Source: a virus (taxonomy: Duplodnaviria; Caudoviricetes). Taken from it: a stretch of DNA of 64,000 bases. The DNA is taken from positions 1 to 64,000 of IMG/VR virus record IMGVR_UViG_2740891882_000003; one strand, written 5' to 3'. This document shows, piece by piece, positions 51,014 through 60,536 of the stretch. The notes below the pieces were generated by a model. It saw nothing but the letters and a program-made list of their open reading frames with translations. It was not told the origin of the DNA and made no database searches. A program made the translations under genes and the position numbers. Position 1 is the first letter of the stretch. Every line of letters begins with the position of its first letter.

Positions 51014-51883
51014 ATGGCGGAGCAAGGAAACATCACCGGCATGGAGGGTCATGTCTACGTCGTGGAGTTCGAGTCACGAATGATCAAGGTCGGATACTCG
51101 GCCAAGCCGGAGAATCGATTCAGGGGGTACATCAAGAACGGAGTCCTGTACGGCAACCCGGTGACGCGTACATGGGTGTCACCCGCTCATTTCGCCCCGC
51201 AGCGCAATGAGCGGTTGCTGATCGAGTTCTGCACCGCGAACGGCACGCTCGCCAGCGGCGGGCGGCGGGGCGAGTACTTCAACGGCGTTTCGTTCAAACA
51301 GGCGCAACGCTTCGCGGCGTCCCTCGACTTCGTCCCATTTGACCGAGAGCGCTGGGAGCGCGACAACGCCGACAGGCTCGCGGCCCTCCGAGACCTCTGG
51401 GGCAGCAACTCGCGGAGCCGCCTAGTCCACCTGCCCCCGTCGGCGGGAGTCCCCCACGGCACGCTGGGAGAATGGTTCGAGGCGGCCCGCCAGGAGGATC
51501 CTTCCTCTGACCTTCCCGAACTCGTAGCCGAGCTGTTCGACGTGGACTTGGACGATCTCCTGGCGATATCTCCAGGCGTCGATCAGCAGGTGCTAGCGCA
51601 CGTCGCCGAGGTGGTCACCTGCAAGCGAGACATCCAGCATCTTGAACAAGCGTTGGGTGCCGCCAAGGCGCTACTCGCCGAGCTAGAAACGACGAGGCTT
51701 GATGACCTACGTCGAGAGGTCAGCGAGGCAGTGGATGAGCTCTGGCTAAGCGAGTCGGAACTCCGCAGGGTGACGCTGCCAAACGGCACTGAGGCGATGA
51801 TCATGGTGAAGCCTGAAGTGTCGCAGCAGGAGGCAGACCAGCTGGCAGCCGAGTACTGGCGACCGGAAGGCTCGACCACGTGA
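51014..51883 (+). CDS. GIY-YIG/T5orf172-like domain protein
   Basis: HVYVV...IKVGYS..P..R...E..L...GEYF. Confidence 0.7.
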   Translation: MAEQGNITGMEGHVYVVEFESRMIKVGYSAKPENRFRGYIKNGVLYGNPVTRTWVSPAHFAPQRNERLLIEFCTANGTLASGGRRGEYFNGVSFKQAQRFAASLDFVPFDRERWERDNADRLAALRDLWGSNSRSRLVHLPPSAGVPHGTLGEWFEAARQEDPSSDLPELVAELFDVDLDDLLAISPGVDQQVLAHVAEVVTCKRDIQHLEQALGAAKALLAELETTRLDDLRREVSEAVDELWLSESELRRVTLPNGTEAMIMVKPEVSQQEADQLAAEYWRPEGSTT

Positions 51884-52015
51884 ACCATCCAGAGTCGGGC
51901 GAGCTGGTGCTCGACGCCCCGCAGGTCCGGGTGACGGTGAAGGGCCTGCACGAGCTGCACAAGCGGCTGGGGGGTGAGGGCCCGCTGCAACTCTCCGCCT
52001 GACCCGGCACGCACC

Positions 52016-52052
52016 GAAGGCCCCTCTCCGCCGTAATCGGAGAGGGGCCTTC
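52016..52052. terminator. bidirectional terminator
   Basis: GAAGGCCCCTCTCCG / CGGAGAGGGGCCTTC. Confidence 0.85.
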
Positions 52053-52053
52053 A

Positions 52054-52371
52054 TCATTCGCCGGCTTTGCGTAGGTCCCAGGTCCGGTCGTCGGCGGCGG
52101 CTTCGGCGATCGACGGCCCGTCGTTGCCGGCCGGGCCCGTGTCTTTCGGCTCGCTGAGGGCGAGGCGGATGCGGGCGGCGACTTCGCTGCCGGGCGCCCG
52201 CCAGTTGGGGTCGTCCACGTCGGCGGCGAGGGCGCGGACGCGGTCGATGGCGGCTTCCCGTGTCTGGTTGCTGGCTTCGTGGGCGGCGCAGATGTCGGCG
52301 AGGTCGATCTCGTCGAAGTTGTTGAGGAACCAGCGAGCCCGATCGGAGAGTTCGCCGTAACGGTCGGTCAT
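52054..52371 (-). CDS. hypothetical phage protein
   Basis: Coupled; AIDRVRALA, GPSIAEAAADDR.W. Confidence 0.65.
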   Translation of the reverse strand: MTDRYGELSDRARWFLNNFDEIDLADICAAHEASNQTREAAIDRVRALAADVDDPNWRAPGSEVAARIRLALSEPKDTGPAGNDGPSIAEAAADDRTWDLRKAGE

Positions 52372-52610
52372 GCGGCTGCTTCTCTCTGCTGGTCGGGGAT
52401 GTGGATTTGATGGATGCCGAGTTCGCCGATGGCGAGTGCGATGGCGACGGCGTGGGCTCGGTCGGCGGCGCCGAGGCGGCGGTAGGCGGCGGACAGGATT
52501 TCGGCGACGGAGTGCGGGGTGACGCCGCGCCAGGCGGCGATGTCCTGGTTGCTGTTGCCGTTGGCGGCCAGCGCGAGGACTTCCCGCTGGCGGGCGGTGA
52601 GGGCTCTCAC
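52368..52610 (-). CDS. LuxR-type HTH regulator
   Basis: LTARQREVL.L.ANG.SN.DIA...YRRLG..DR.HAV. Confidence 0.85.
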   Translation of the reverse strand: MRALTARQREVLALAANGNSNQDIAAWRGVTPHSVAEILSAAYRRLGAADRAHAVAIALAIGELGIHQIHIPDQQREAAA

Positions 52611-52801
52611 GTCGCCCCTCCCCTGTGCCGGGCTGCTGCCTGTTCGCGTCGGGCGTCGGCTGCGGCCATGCGCATGAGTGCGCGTTCGATGACGACGGCC
52701 CGGATTTGTCCGGCGTAGCGGCCGTCGAGGATGCGTTCGGAGGTGTGGGTGATGAGTTCGCGGGCCTGCGAGCGGCGCGGCTTGGGCTGGGTGTCGGTCA
52801 C
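52607..52801 (-). CDS. hypothetical protein
   Basis: GTGA coupling; YAGQIRAVVIERAL. Confidence 0.6.
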   Translation of the reverse strand: MTDTQPKPRRSQARELITHTSERILDGRYAGQIRAVVIERALMRMAAADARREQAAARHRGGAT

Positions 52802-52965
52802 AGGTACTCCCCGGTGGGCACGTCGGTCATGTGGTCGAGGTCGTGGCTGGTGAGGCCGTTGCCCCACAGGTCGGGGTGGCGGCACCAGGGGCCGTCGTCT
52901 TCGTCGTCGGGTTCGGGGTCGAAGGCGGACGCGGGGATTTCGGTGGTCGTCCACAGGACGGTCAC
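52798..52965 (-). CDS. hypothetical protein
   Basis: GTGA coupling at both ends. Confidence 0.5.
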   Translation of the reverse strand: MTVLWTTTEIPASAFDPEPDDEDDGPWCRHPDLWGNGLTSHDLDHMTDVPTGEYL

Positions 52966-53321
52966 GGCTGGCCGCCGAGGAGGCGGCGGGCTGTGGTGAG
53001 GGCGGCCCGGTCGATGTTCAGGCCGTGGTCTGCTTCCGAGTCCAGCCAGTCGGCGATGGCGCGGCCGACGGTCGGGCCCATTGCGGCGATGTAGTCCCCG
53101 ACCGGGCCGCTCACGGCGGGCCCCGGAAGTTTCCCGGCTCGGCCGCCGTGGATCAGGTTCTTGCCGGGTGCCGTCCGCAGGATGGTGGCTGTGTGATTGG
53201 GATCGCCGGGGTAGCGGCGGAGGGCTTCCCACTGGTCGCTGCCGCTGCTCTCGGTGGCAGCGGCGGCCAGCGCGCGCAGCTTCTCGGCGGCGGCACGCAA
53301 TTCCTGGGCTGGAGTGGTCAT
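52962..53321 (-). CDS. hypothetical phage protein
   Basis: ELRAAA.KLR, YIAAM.P.VG...ADWL. Confidence 0.7.
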   Translation of the reverse strand: MTTPAQELRAAAEKLRALAAAATESSGSDQWEALRRYPGDPNHTATILRTAPGKNLIHGGRAGKLPGPAVSGPVGDYIAAMGPTVGRAIADWLDSEADHGLNIDRAALTTARRLLGGQP

Positions 53322-53593
53322 GCGGCGTCCTGTTCGGTTCGGGCCCACGACGGGCCGTGAGGCTCTGTGCGCTCCTGTGGCGCCACGGGCGGGGTTCGGG
53401 GTAACTCGGGGGCGCTCGGGCGCTGTACGGCCGCGAGGGCCGCGGCGGCGCCCCGCCATACGGCACGGCAGGCGCACGCCACGGTGACGACGACCGCGTA
53501 CAGGGCGGCGCCCGCGAAGAACGCGACGATCACCAGCCAGATCAGGAACGCCCAACCGAGGGTGAACGCGGTGTCGATGGCCTCGGCGATCAC
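53318..53593 (-). CDS. membrane protein
   Basis: Long hydrophobic segment; coupled. Confidence 0.6.
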   Translation of the reverse strand: MIAEAIDTAFTLGWAFLIWLVIVAFFAGAALYAVVVTVACACRAVWRGAAAALAAVQRPSAPELPRTPPVAPQERTEPHGPSWARTEQDAA

Positions 53594-53859
53594 GACGGGC
53601 CTCCGTCCGGGCGGCGGAACGTCATCGCGGGCGCCCGCTCCGGCTCAGGGTCCTTCCGGTGCCGCCACGCGCTCACGGTGCGGACCGGGTCGGTGAGCAG
53701 CAGCAGCGCGAACAGGACCGCCTGCCTCGGACGGCTGGTCCACCGGTCGAGGTGGAAGCGGAGTTGCCAGTTCGTCCAGTCGGCGAGCCGGTCGTAAGGC
53801 CGGGCCCGGCCGAGGGCGTACCCCCCGGCCAGGAGTGCGGCGTACAGGAGCCACGTCAC
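53590..53859 (-). CDS. membrane protein
   Basis: GY.LGR.RP..RL.DW; coupled. Confidence 0.6.
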   Translation of the reverse strand: MTWLLYAALLAGGYALGRARPYDRLADWTNWQLRFHLDRWTSRPRQAVLFALLLLTDPVRTVSAWRHRKDPEPERAPAMTFRRPDGGPS

Positions 53860-54122
53860 GGCCTGGCCTCCTTCGGCTGCTGCGCCCCACCAGCAGGCAG
53901 CCCGTCGGCAGGCTCGGCGTCGACGGTGCGCGGCTTGTGGGTTTTCGGTGTCAGGAGGCCGTCGCGGATAGCCATCTGCCTGACCGCACGCTCAATCACC
54001 GCGGCCACGACCTGCCCCGTGTAGCACTGTCTGATCAGGCGTTCGGCTTCGACGGTGAGGTATTTGCGGGTAGTCGCACCGCGGCGGGGCTGTGCCTTCG
54101 GGGCGAGGCTGCGGCCGGTCAC
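53856..54122 (-). CDS. hypothetical protein
   Basis: YTGQVVAAVIERAV; coupled. Confidence 0.6.
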   Translation of the reverse strand: MTGRSLAPKAQPRRGATTRKYLTVEAERLIRQCYTGQVVAAVIERAVRQMAIRDGLLTPKTHKPRTVDAEPADGLPAGGAQQPKEARP

Positions 54123-55252
54123 AGGGCAGCCACCTCATCAAGGGCGGCGACCAGTGCGGCGATGTCGGCGCGGACCGTATCCGCCCACGGGTTGCGGTCG
54201 CTGTCGTCGAGGGCGTCCTGGAAGCCGACGGCGTGCGCTGCCAAGCGGCGGGCAATCCCCCGGATGCGTTCGAGTGCGGCGGCTTGCCCGGCGGCGGGTC
54301 CAGGGCACGTGACGGGCGCCTCGCTGCTGATCCGGTCGGTGAGCGGGAGTTCGAACGGCGTGCGGCCGCAGCAGGGGGTGAGGCCGGAGCCGTCCGGCGG
54401 GCAGCCGTGCACGACCTCGACCGTCCAGCGAAACCCGTCGGCGGTGGCGTGCTCGCGGTGCGATCCCTTGACGACGCAGGGGTCTGCGGGGGTACGCCCG
54501 AACGGGGCCCGCGCGGCGGTGCACTGCGTCTCGCTGTCGTCGTGTCCCGTGGCGGGCGTGGAATCGGTGGCCATACGGCGCAGCACGTCGGATGCGCCCC
54601 GGAAGTCGGAGTCGGTGGCGCTCGCCCTTGGATGATTCCAGAGCACGTCGGCGGCTTCCCGTAGCACGGCGGCCCGGTCGGCGAGGGAGGGCAGGACGGC
54701 GGCGAGGACTGCGGCGGCTGCGGCATGCGGGTTGGCCATGACGAGCCCGTTCCTGGACGGCTCGGCGTCGGCGTACTGCGCCCAGATGGCCTGCGCGCCG
54801 AGCTCGACGAGCGCGGCCCGGTCGGTGGCGGGCGCATGGCTGGCCTGGACGATCGCGACCAGCTCGCGCGCGAGCTCCGCCCTGGGCACGCGGGTGCGGG
54901 AGCTCTGCATCTCCCATCCGTCCAGGTGCCGGGCTACCTGCTCCACGACGGCCTCGTCGGTGGCGGGCGCCACCCCGGCAGGCACGTAGGTCTCCGCGAG
55001 AACGTCCTCAGCGATCGTGTAGAACTCGCCCTTCACGCCACGCACGACGTGCTGGCCGGTCTTCACGCCGACCCACGTGTCGTGCAGGTTGTCGTAGACC
55101 TTTGCCGTGATGTCCGGGGTGAAGCCGCCTTCATCCTGGTCGACGAGCAGGAAGTCGCCACCGGTGAAGGCGATCAGTTCATCGATGTTGCGGCCGGTCC
55201 ATTGGATGGTGTCGACCTCGACGGGCCTCTTGCGGTAGCGGGTGACAGTCAT
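54119..55252 (-). CDS. mosaic hypothetical phage protein
   Basis: YRKRPVEV..IQWTG...GVKGEFY N-domain; TPCCGRTPFELP module. Confidence 0.75.
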   Translation of the reverse strand: MTVTRYRKRPVEVDTIQWTGRNIDELIAFTGGDFLLVDQDEGGFTPDITAKVYDNLHDTWVGVKTGQHVVRGVKGEFYTIAEDVLAETYVPAGVAPATDEAVVEQVARHLDGWEMQSSRTRVPRAELARELVAIVQASHAPATDRAALVELGAQAIWAQYADAEPSRNGLVMANPHAAAAAVLAAVLPSLADRAAVLREAADVLWNHPRASATDSDFRGASDVLRRMATDSTPATGHDDSETQCTAARAPFGRTPADPCVVKGSHREHATADGFRWTVEVVHGCPPDGSGLTPCCGRTPFELPLTDRISSEAPVTCPGPAAGQAAALERIRGIARRLAAHAVGFQDALDDSDRNPWADTVRADIAALVAALDEVAAL

Positions 55253-55273
55253 GGTGTGGCTCCTGGTGGTGTT

Positions 55274-55504
55274 TCAGGCGTCGGGGTTGGTGGCGCGCGG
55301 GGGTTCGAGTCCGAGTTGGACGGCGGCGAGGGCGACGGCTTCACGGATGGACAGGCCTTCTTCGGAGGCGGTCCGGAGGGCGAGTGCGCGGGTGTGGAGG
55401 TCGTCGGCGAGGGCGAGTTGTTCGGGGGTGAGGGCGCCGCGTCCGGTACGCCTGTGGGGCTTTTCGGGGCGGGTTGGCTTCCACTGGTCTTCGGTGTCGG
55501 GCAT
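55274..55504 (-). CDS. hypothetical protein
   Basis: Helical C-terminus; fits operon spacing. Confidence 0.5.
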   Translation of the reverse strand: MPDTEDQWKPTRPEKPHRRTGRGALTPEQLALADDLHTRALALRTASEEGLSIREAVALAAVQLGLEPPRATNPDA

Positions 55505-55592
55505 TTGGGCCTCATTTCGCGGCAGGGTGCGGGCGTAGGCGGGCGATCGGGGGTGGGTGAGGGTGACGGCCTCGGGAGGGGGGTCGAAGCCG

Positions 55593-55889
55593 TCAGGGAG
55601 TGAACCGGCGGGTAACTTCAGGAGTGTCGGGCCCCCCAGCCCCCTTCACGCGCCCGCCAGCCGCCCGCCGGGCCCGCCAATCCCCCACGACACACCCCGC
55701 CCACAACCACACCGCGTAGGCGATCAACAGCGGATGCGCCAGCGTCAACGGCAGCCGATAACGCAACCGGCCATCCGCATACGCCTCATCCAGCCAGCCG
55801 TTCCAGCAGTTGACGACCACACGGCGCACAACCCGGGCGGCACGGGCGACAGCACGGGCGACGCGGCGGGCGACTCCGGGCGACATCAC
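55593..55889 (-). CDS. hypothetical protein
   Basis: GTGA coupling; hydrophobic segment. Confidence 0.45.
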   Translation of the reverse strand: MMSPGVARRVARAVARAARVVRRVVVNCWNGWLDEAYADGRLRYRLPLTLAHPLLIAYAVWLWAGCVVGDWRARRAAGGRVKGAGGPDTPEVTRRFTP

Positions 55890-56185
55890 GCGGCGTCGCC
55901 CGTCTGCTCGTTGAGCCAGGCACGGTGGGCGTCACGGTCGTAGGGCCCGGCGGCCAGCCATTCGGCGGTCGCCTTCGCGGCGGCTTCCTTGCGCCAGCCG
56001 CGCTTGGCCGGCCGCGGGTAGAGCTCGCCGTCCTGCCAGCTGTCGCCGCAGTGGCAGCAGGTGGTCGTGGTGCCGTACCAGACCTCGTCCTGGAAGAGCA
56101 TGCGGCGCCGGGTCTTGCAGGTGGGGCAGCGGAAGATGCGGCGGATGTTGTACCGGCGGGCGCGGCAGATGATCAGCGTGCTCAA
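55886..56185 (-). CDS. Zn-ribbon protein
   Basis: CPTC...WYG...CCHCGD.W. Confidence 0.65.
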   Translation of the reverse strand: MSTLIICRARRYNIRRIFRCPTCKTRRRMLFQDEVWYGTTTTCCHCGDSWQDGELYPRPAKRGWRKEAAAKATAEWLAAGPYDRDAHRAWLNEQTGDAA

Positions 56186-56258
56186 TGGGTGCTCCCTGGG
56201 TGGGTAGGGTTCGCGGGCGGGCTGGGCGCGGTAACGGCGCGCCCAGCCCGTACCGGGA

Positions 56259-57002
56259 TCACGGGGCGGCGCAGTCGGGGCCGCACAACTCGTGCTCGCC
56301 GTCGGCGTGGGCCATCAGCCGCTCGTGAACGTGGCAGGGCTCGCCGCCGTCCTCGCACGGATTCATCGAGTCGCACGGGGTGGCCACGTACTCGGCCTCG
56401 TTCGCCTTGCGCTGGAACCGCTCCATGAGGGCGAAGACAGCTCCGGCCTGGTCGTTGAGGTTCTTCGACGCGTAGGCAGCACCAGCCTCGTCGCAGATCT
56501 CCGCGGCATCTCGGAGCGTCTGGGCGCGCATCTCCGCGACAAGCGCCTCCGCCTTGTCGGCTCGCTCGCGGTGCTTCTCCCGCGCCTTACAGGCCTGCTC
56601 GTAGGCCCACGCGGTCGGGTATGGCTGCCGGTCGTGGGCGATGGCGAGGTCGCGTTCGCGGCGCAGCTCGGCCTGTCGGCGGTGCGCCTCTTCGATCAGC
56701 GCGGCGAACGCCTCAGCGTCGTCGGGGTGGACACGGATCGTCGGGCAGACGTGACTGTCGTCCTCCGCCCCGGCGCAGAACGGTTCGTCGTCGGCGGGGC
56801 CGTGGCTGCACTCCCAGCGGGCAGGAAGGGCAACCGGCTCGGTGCGGCGGCGGACCTCGGCGATCAGCGCAGGCACGTCGGTGTCGGTCAGCTCGTTGAG
56901 CGCGTCCTGTCCCTGCGGGTCGGCGACGGTCGCGTACTCGTACAGGGCTGCGGCGCGGGCGGCGATCTCGTCGAGGTCGAGGCTGGCGGGCTTGTCGGTC
57001 AT
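56259..57002 (-). CDS. hypothetical phage protein
   Basis: LDLDEIAAR, DVPALIAEV, HDRQPYPTA.AYE.AC. Confidence 0.7.
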   Translation of the reverse strand: MTDKPASLDLDEIAARAAALYEYATVADPQGQDALNELTDTDVPALIAEVRRRTEPVALPARWECSHGPADDEPFCAGAEDDSHVCPTIRVHPDDAEAFAALIEEAHRRQAELRRERDLAIAHDRQPYPTAWAYEQACKAREKHRERADKAEALVAEMRAQTLRDAAEICDEAGAAYASKNLNDQAGAVFALMERFQRKANEAEYVATPCDSMNPCEDGGEPCHVHERLMAHADGEHELCGPDCAAP

Positions 57003-57030
57003 CGGGGGTCCTTCGGGTTGGCGGGTGGGG

Positions 57031-57240
57031 TCAGGCGGCGTCGGCTTGGCGCACGAGCCGGAGGTGGCGGCGTTTCGCGGAGAGGCTGGTGTCGCCCTCC
57101 CAGTGCCATCCGGCGATGGCCTCGTTGAGGTCGGCCCAGTGCTTGGCCTGCTCCTCCGGCGTCCACGGCTCGCTGGCCGACTTGGGGCGGGACGGGCGGG
57201 TCGGGATCGACTCCGCCATCAGGCGCTCGTAGGGGGTCAA
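57031..57240 (-). CDS. hypothetical protein
   Basis: TPYERLMAE.IP, WTPEEQ..HW. Confidence 0.6.
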   Translation of the reverse strand: MTPYERLMAESIPTRPSRPKSASEPWTPEEQAKHWADLNEAIAGWHWEGDTSLSAKRRHLRLVRQADAA

Positions 57241-57572
57241 CGCCCGGCCTCCGATCGCCTGGTGGCCTCAGCGATCCCTTCGAGAGCTGCACGTTCGGCG
57301 GCTGCCCGGGCTTCGCGGCGAGCCTCAACTCGGGCGTTCTGCTCGCAGATCTGACGCATGGTCTCGGCGTCCTCGTTGATCGCCGGGTCGTTCTCCTCAA
57401 GCAGGGCTTCGGCGTCCCAGCAGCGAACGCAGAGCAGGGGCTGCTTCTCGCGGGTGCACCAGCGGCACGTGAACTGAGAGGGTCCGAGGTGGCCGTGGTC
57501 GGGCTCGTACAGGAACAGCGGGCGCGTCTGCTTGCAGTGATCGCAGCGGGCTTCGATCGGCGTGGTGGTCAT
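57237..57572 (-). CDS. Zn-finger protein
   Basis: CDHC, CRWC, CVRC; coupled. Confidence 0.65.
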   Translation of the reverse strand: MTTTPIEARCDHCKQTRPLFLYEPDHGHLGPSQFTCRWCTREKQPLLCVRCWDAEALLEENDPAINEDAETMRQICEQNARVEARREARAAAERAALEGIAEATRRSEAGR

Positions 57573-57874
57573 GCGGCCATCTCCTTGGCTTCGATTTCGC
57601 GGCGGGCGTGGACGGTGTTGCGGGCGCGGCCGTCTTCGTGGCAGGGCACGCCGGGCGTGACCTGACAGGCGGGGCAGCAGGCCGACAGTTGCGCCCAGGC
57701 GGACACGCGCTGCGGGTGCGGCTCGGTCATCACCCGGTTCCGGGTGCGGAGCTGGCACGGCTTGTGGGCGCCGACACCGCAGTGCGGGCAGGGCACGGCG
57801 CGGGCCGGGTGGTGCTGGGCGCGCATGAAATGCCGCAGGGACTCGGGCATCGGGGCACCGGCATGCAGGGTCAT
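57569..57874 (-). CDS. tandem Zn-finger protein
   Basis: CPHC..PC...H..R repeated twice. Confidence 0.7.
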   Translation of the reverse strand: MTLHAGAPMPESLRHFMRAQHHPARAVPCPHCGVGAHKPCQLRTRNRVMTEPHPQRVSAWAQLSACCPACQVTPGVPCHEDGRARNTVHARREIEAKEMAA

Positions 57875-58182
57875 CGGGAGACCTCCGCCTTCGTCGCGGC
57901 ATGCTGCTCGCACTCCCAGTTGGCGCCGATGTGGTCGCGGTAGTGCGCCATGGTGATCAATTCCGTGGTGGCGACGGTGATGCCTTCGCGCTCGGCAGCG
58001 GCCCGCTCCCGCTTGGTGCGGTTGAGGTGCTCGTGTGCCTGCTGGGCGGTGGCGATGACGCGACTGCCGGAGACCGCGACGACGGCGGAGACGATGCAGC
58101 CGCAGGGGCGGCGCTGGATCCATCCGCAGTCGTCGAGGGGGACGGGATGGTTGTCGACCATGACGGTCAGGCCTGTGCTCAC
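57871..58182 (-). CDS. hypothetical protein
   Basis: W...PCGC; coupled. Confidence 0.6.
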   Translation of the reverse strand: MSTGLTVMVDNHPVPLDDCGWIQRRPCGCIVSAVVAVSGSRVIATAQQAHEHLNRTKRERAAAEREGITVATTELITMAHYRDHIGANWECEQHAATKAEVSR

Positions 58183-58202
58183 TGGTTCTCCTTGGTGTCG
58201 GG

Positions 58203-58505
58203 CTACGGGCAGTTGCCGCAGTCGCAGGGCTGGTCGGGGTTGTGTTCGGTGTTGCGGTAGTGCCGGACGGCCGCATCCCAGACGGGCTTCGGGATCTGCC
58301 AGTCCGGCGGCGGACCCGGCGGGGACGAGCCGGTCGGCCAGGCGCCGGGCTTGTGGCTGGGCGGCTTTGGCGGCTCCGCCTTGGCCAGCGGCTCGCGGCG
58401 CTGCCTGCCGTTGGTGATCTGCTGCCGCATGTATCGGCGCCAGCCGTCGGGGTCCTCCCGGCGCATCTCGGCAACGTCTTCCGGCTCGATCTCCGGGGCG
58501 GTCAC
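58203..58505 (-). CDS. hypothetical protein
   Basis: D.AEMRRE, PGAWP.G, CDCGNC. Confidence 0.65.
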   Translation of the reverse strand: MTAPEIEPEDVAEMRREDPDGWRRYMRQQITNGRQRREPLAKAEPPKPPSHKPGAWPTGSSPPGPPPDWQIPKPVWDAAVRHYRNTEHNPDQPCDCGNCP

Positions 58506-58798
58506 GACGCGGCCTCCGGCATCTCGGGGAGGTCGAGGCATTCCGTGTCCGGTGGCCGCCATCCGGCATCGAGGAGGCGGGCAATGATCCGGCGCGCTGT
58601 CTCTTCGGGAGTGCCGTCGCCGTATCCGGGGAAGGCCATCGGGTTTTCAGCCCGCCCTTTCTGCACGGCGAGCACTGCGCTGACGCAGGCGACGATCCAG
58701 CCTTCGGCGATCTCGATGCCGTTCTGGCCGCCTTCGTAGTGCATGCGGGCGAATTCGCAGACGACGAGTTGCATGCGCGGGTCGTTGGGGCCCATCAC
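58502..58798 (-). CDS. hypothetical protein
   Basis: ARRI...LLDAGW.PP; coupled. Confidence 0.6.
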   Translation of the reverse strand: MMGPNDPRMQLVVCEFARMHYEGGQNGIEIAEGWIVACVSAVLAVQKGRAENPMAFPGYGDGTPEETARRIIARLLDAGWRPPDTECLDLPEMPEAAS

Positions 58799-59514
58799 GC
58801 CACCCCGAGCCTGCGGTCGTTGCCGCCGATGACGACGACGGTCGTGGTCTGCGCGAGCCGGGAGGTGATCCGCTCCCCCAACTGGTCCTTGAGGTCCGGC
58901 CCGTTGGGGTTGGAGACCGGAAGGTTGCTGGTGATGATCAGCGGGCGGCATTCGTTGTACCGCTCGTTCAGGATCCGGTAGGTGGCTTCCTCGGTGAACT
59001 CGCTGATCTTTTCGGTGCCGAGGTCGTCGACGAGCAGCAGCGGTATCCGCATGAGCCGCTTGACCTCGTACTCGGGCCCGCGCTCGCTGCCGTTGGGGCG
59101 CATGAGCGCGTACATGTCGGGGGCGGTGAGCGCGACGAGCTCGAACTGGTCGGGCCCGGCTTCAGCGATGCGACGCAGCGCACCGTAGGCCTGGTGCGTC
59201 TTTCCCGTGCCGAACGGGCCGGTCAGGAAGAGGATCCCCGCGGTCCGCGGATCGTCGATGGCCCGCTCTGCCCAGGCAATCACCTGGGGGTGCGTCGCCT
59301 CGGCCTCCTGGTAGCGGTAGGGGGTGGCGGTCTTCCAGCGGCTGACGGCGATGGTGGCGCGCTGGCGGCGGTGGTACTCCGGGTGGCCGGGCTCGTCGGG
59401 GGTCGGGGTGTCGTCGATGGGGCCGGCGGTGATGTGGCCGAGGCCGCGCGCTTCGAGCATCTGCTGCATGCGCTGCATGACGGCCTCACTCGCCAGAGGC
59501 TTGGGATCGGGCAT
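58795..59514 (-). CDS. DnaC/IstB-like helicase loader ATPase
   Basis: Walker A GPFGTGKT, Walker B LLVDDLG, ITSN, RI.SRL, G.DRR. Confidence 0.9.
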   Translation of the reverse strand: MPDPKPLASEAVMQRMQQMLEARGLGHITAGPIDDTPTPDEPGHPEYHRRQRATIAVSRWKTATPYRYQEAEATHPQVIAWAERAIDDPRTAGILFLTGPFGTGKTHQAYGALRRIAEAGPDQFELVALTAPDMYALMRPNGSERGPEYEVKRLMRIPLLLVDDLGTEKISEFTEEATYRILNERYNECRPLIITSNLPVSNPNGPDLKDQLGERITSRLAQTTTVVVIGGNDRRLGVA

Positions 59515-60352
59515 GGGTATGGAATCCGTTCTCGTAGACGGAGGGGTCGGCCGGTGGCTGGTAGTTCTGGTGGCTCTTGCCGCCGACGGGGCGGAGGTTG
59601 GGCTTGCCGTTGGGCTCGGGCGCGTATTTGTCCTCGTAGCGGCGCTCGCGGAGCCAGTTGGCGGAGTGCTTGACGTACTGGAAGTCCTTGCCTGCGACTT
59701 CACGGGCGTAGGCAACAGCAGCCGTGGTGATCTTCTGCGGGTCGGCGCCCCCGAGGACTGCGGCGGTCCACGACTCAAGCGTCCTGTCGTAGTCCTTGCT
59801 CTTCGGGTAGAGCGCCCAGAAGTTGCCGAACTCCTTCTTCTCGGCGGCGGTGATCTCGCGGGCCGCAGCAGAAGGGGTAGCGGTGGCTACCCCTTGCGTA
59901 GAGGTTTCTTCTTCCTGAGGAGCTGAGGGGTCTGAGGAGTAGGGGGTAGCCGTGGCACCTTCAGAGTGAGCCCCGGCTCCTTCTGGGTGAGCCGTGGCTA
60001 CCCCTTGGGGTAGCGGTGGCTCTCCCTTAGGGGTAGCCGTGGCTACCCCTTCGAAGGGTGGAACGATGAACGTCATCCGGACGCCGGGCACGGCGTAGAG
60101 GATTCGGCCGTCCTTGCCCTTGCCGATCGGGACGCGGAACTCCCAGCCGGCGGCGGCGAGTCGCTTCAGGGCGTTGCGAACAACGACGGCATCCTTCGCC
60201 CCGGTCCAGCGGGCGAGGTCTTCGAGGGCTGCCCAGCTACGCCGGGTGTCCTCCTTGGCGTCGTCCGCGATCTCCAGCGCAACGGCACGCTGGAGGCCGG
60301 TGATGTCCGATCCCAGCGCCTCGCGCAGCTTGCGGCGGAGCTCGTAGCCCAT
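59486..60352 (-). CDS. phage replication initiator
   Basis: N-terminal HTH, central GVATATP repeats, F..FW.LYP...WL...RYED; upstream of loader. Confidence 0.85.
   Translation of the reverse strand: MGYELRRKLREALGSDITGLQRAVALEIADDAKEDTRRSWAALEDLARWTGAKDAVVVRNALKRLAAAGWEFRVPIGKGKDGRILYAVPGVRMTFIVPPFEGVATATPKGEPPLPQGVATAHPEGAGAHSEGATATPYSSDPSAPQEEETSTQGVATATPSAAAREITAAEKKEFGNFWALYPKSKDYDRTLESWTAAVLGGADPQKITTAAVAYAREVAGKDFQYVKHSANWLRERRYEDKYAPEPNGKPNLRPVGGKSHQNYQPPADPSVYENGFHTHARSQASGE
59872..60051. repeat. palindromic iterons, probable replication origin
   Basis: About six variants of GGGGTAGC(C/G)GTGGCTACCCC inside the initiator gene. Confidence 0.8.
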
Positions 60353-60536
60353 CAGTTCTCTTCTCTCAGGAGGGTGTCTCTGCTGGTCATTCGCTGTTCT
60401 GGGACAGCCCTCATGGGGGTGCTGTGGCGCGATGGCCGACCGCACGGATACGAGAATACCGTTCGCGGGGTCCATATGCGAGTGCCGATCGCGCTCGCGT
60501 AGCGGAATCGCGTTCGCGCGTGGCACTATGGGTTGC

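Noticed and set aside
41296-51883. Independent AICE inserted into the prophage
   Set aside because: No RepSA-like initiator, integrase or flanking direct repeats found by eye; a degenerate remnant cannot be fully excluded.
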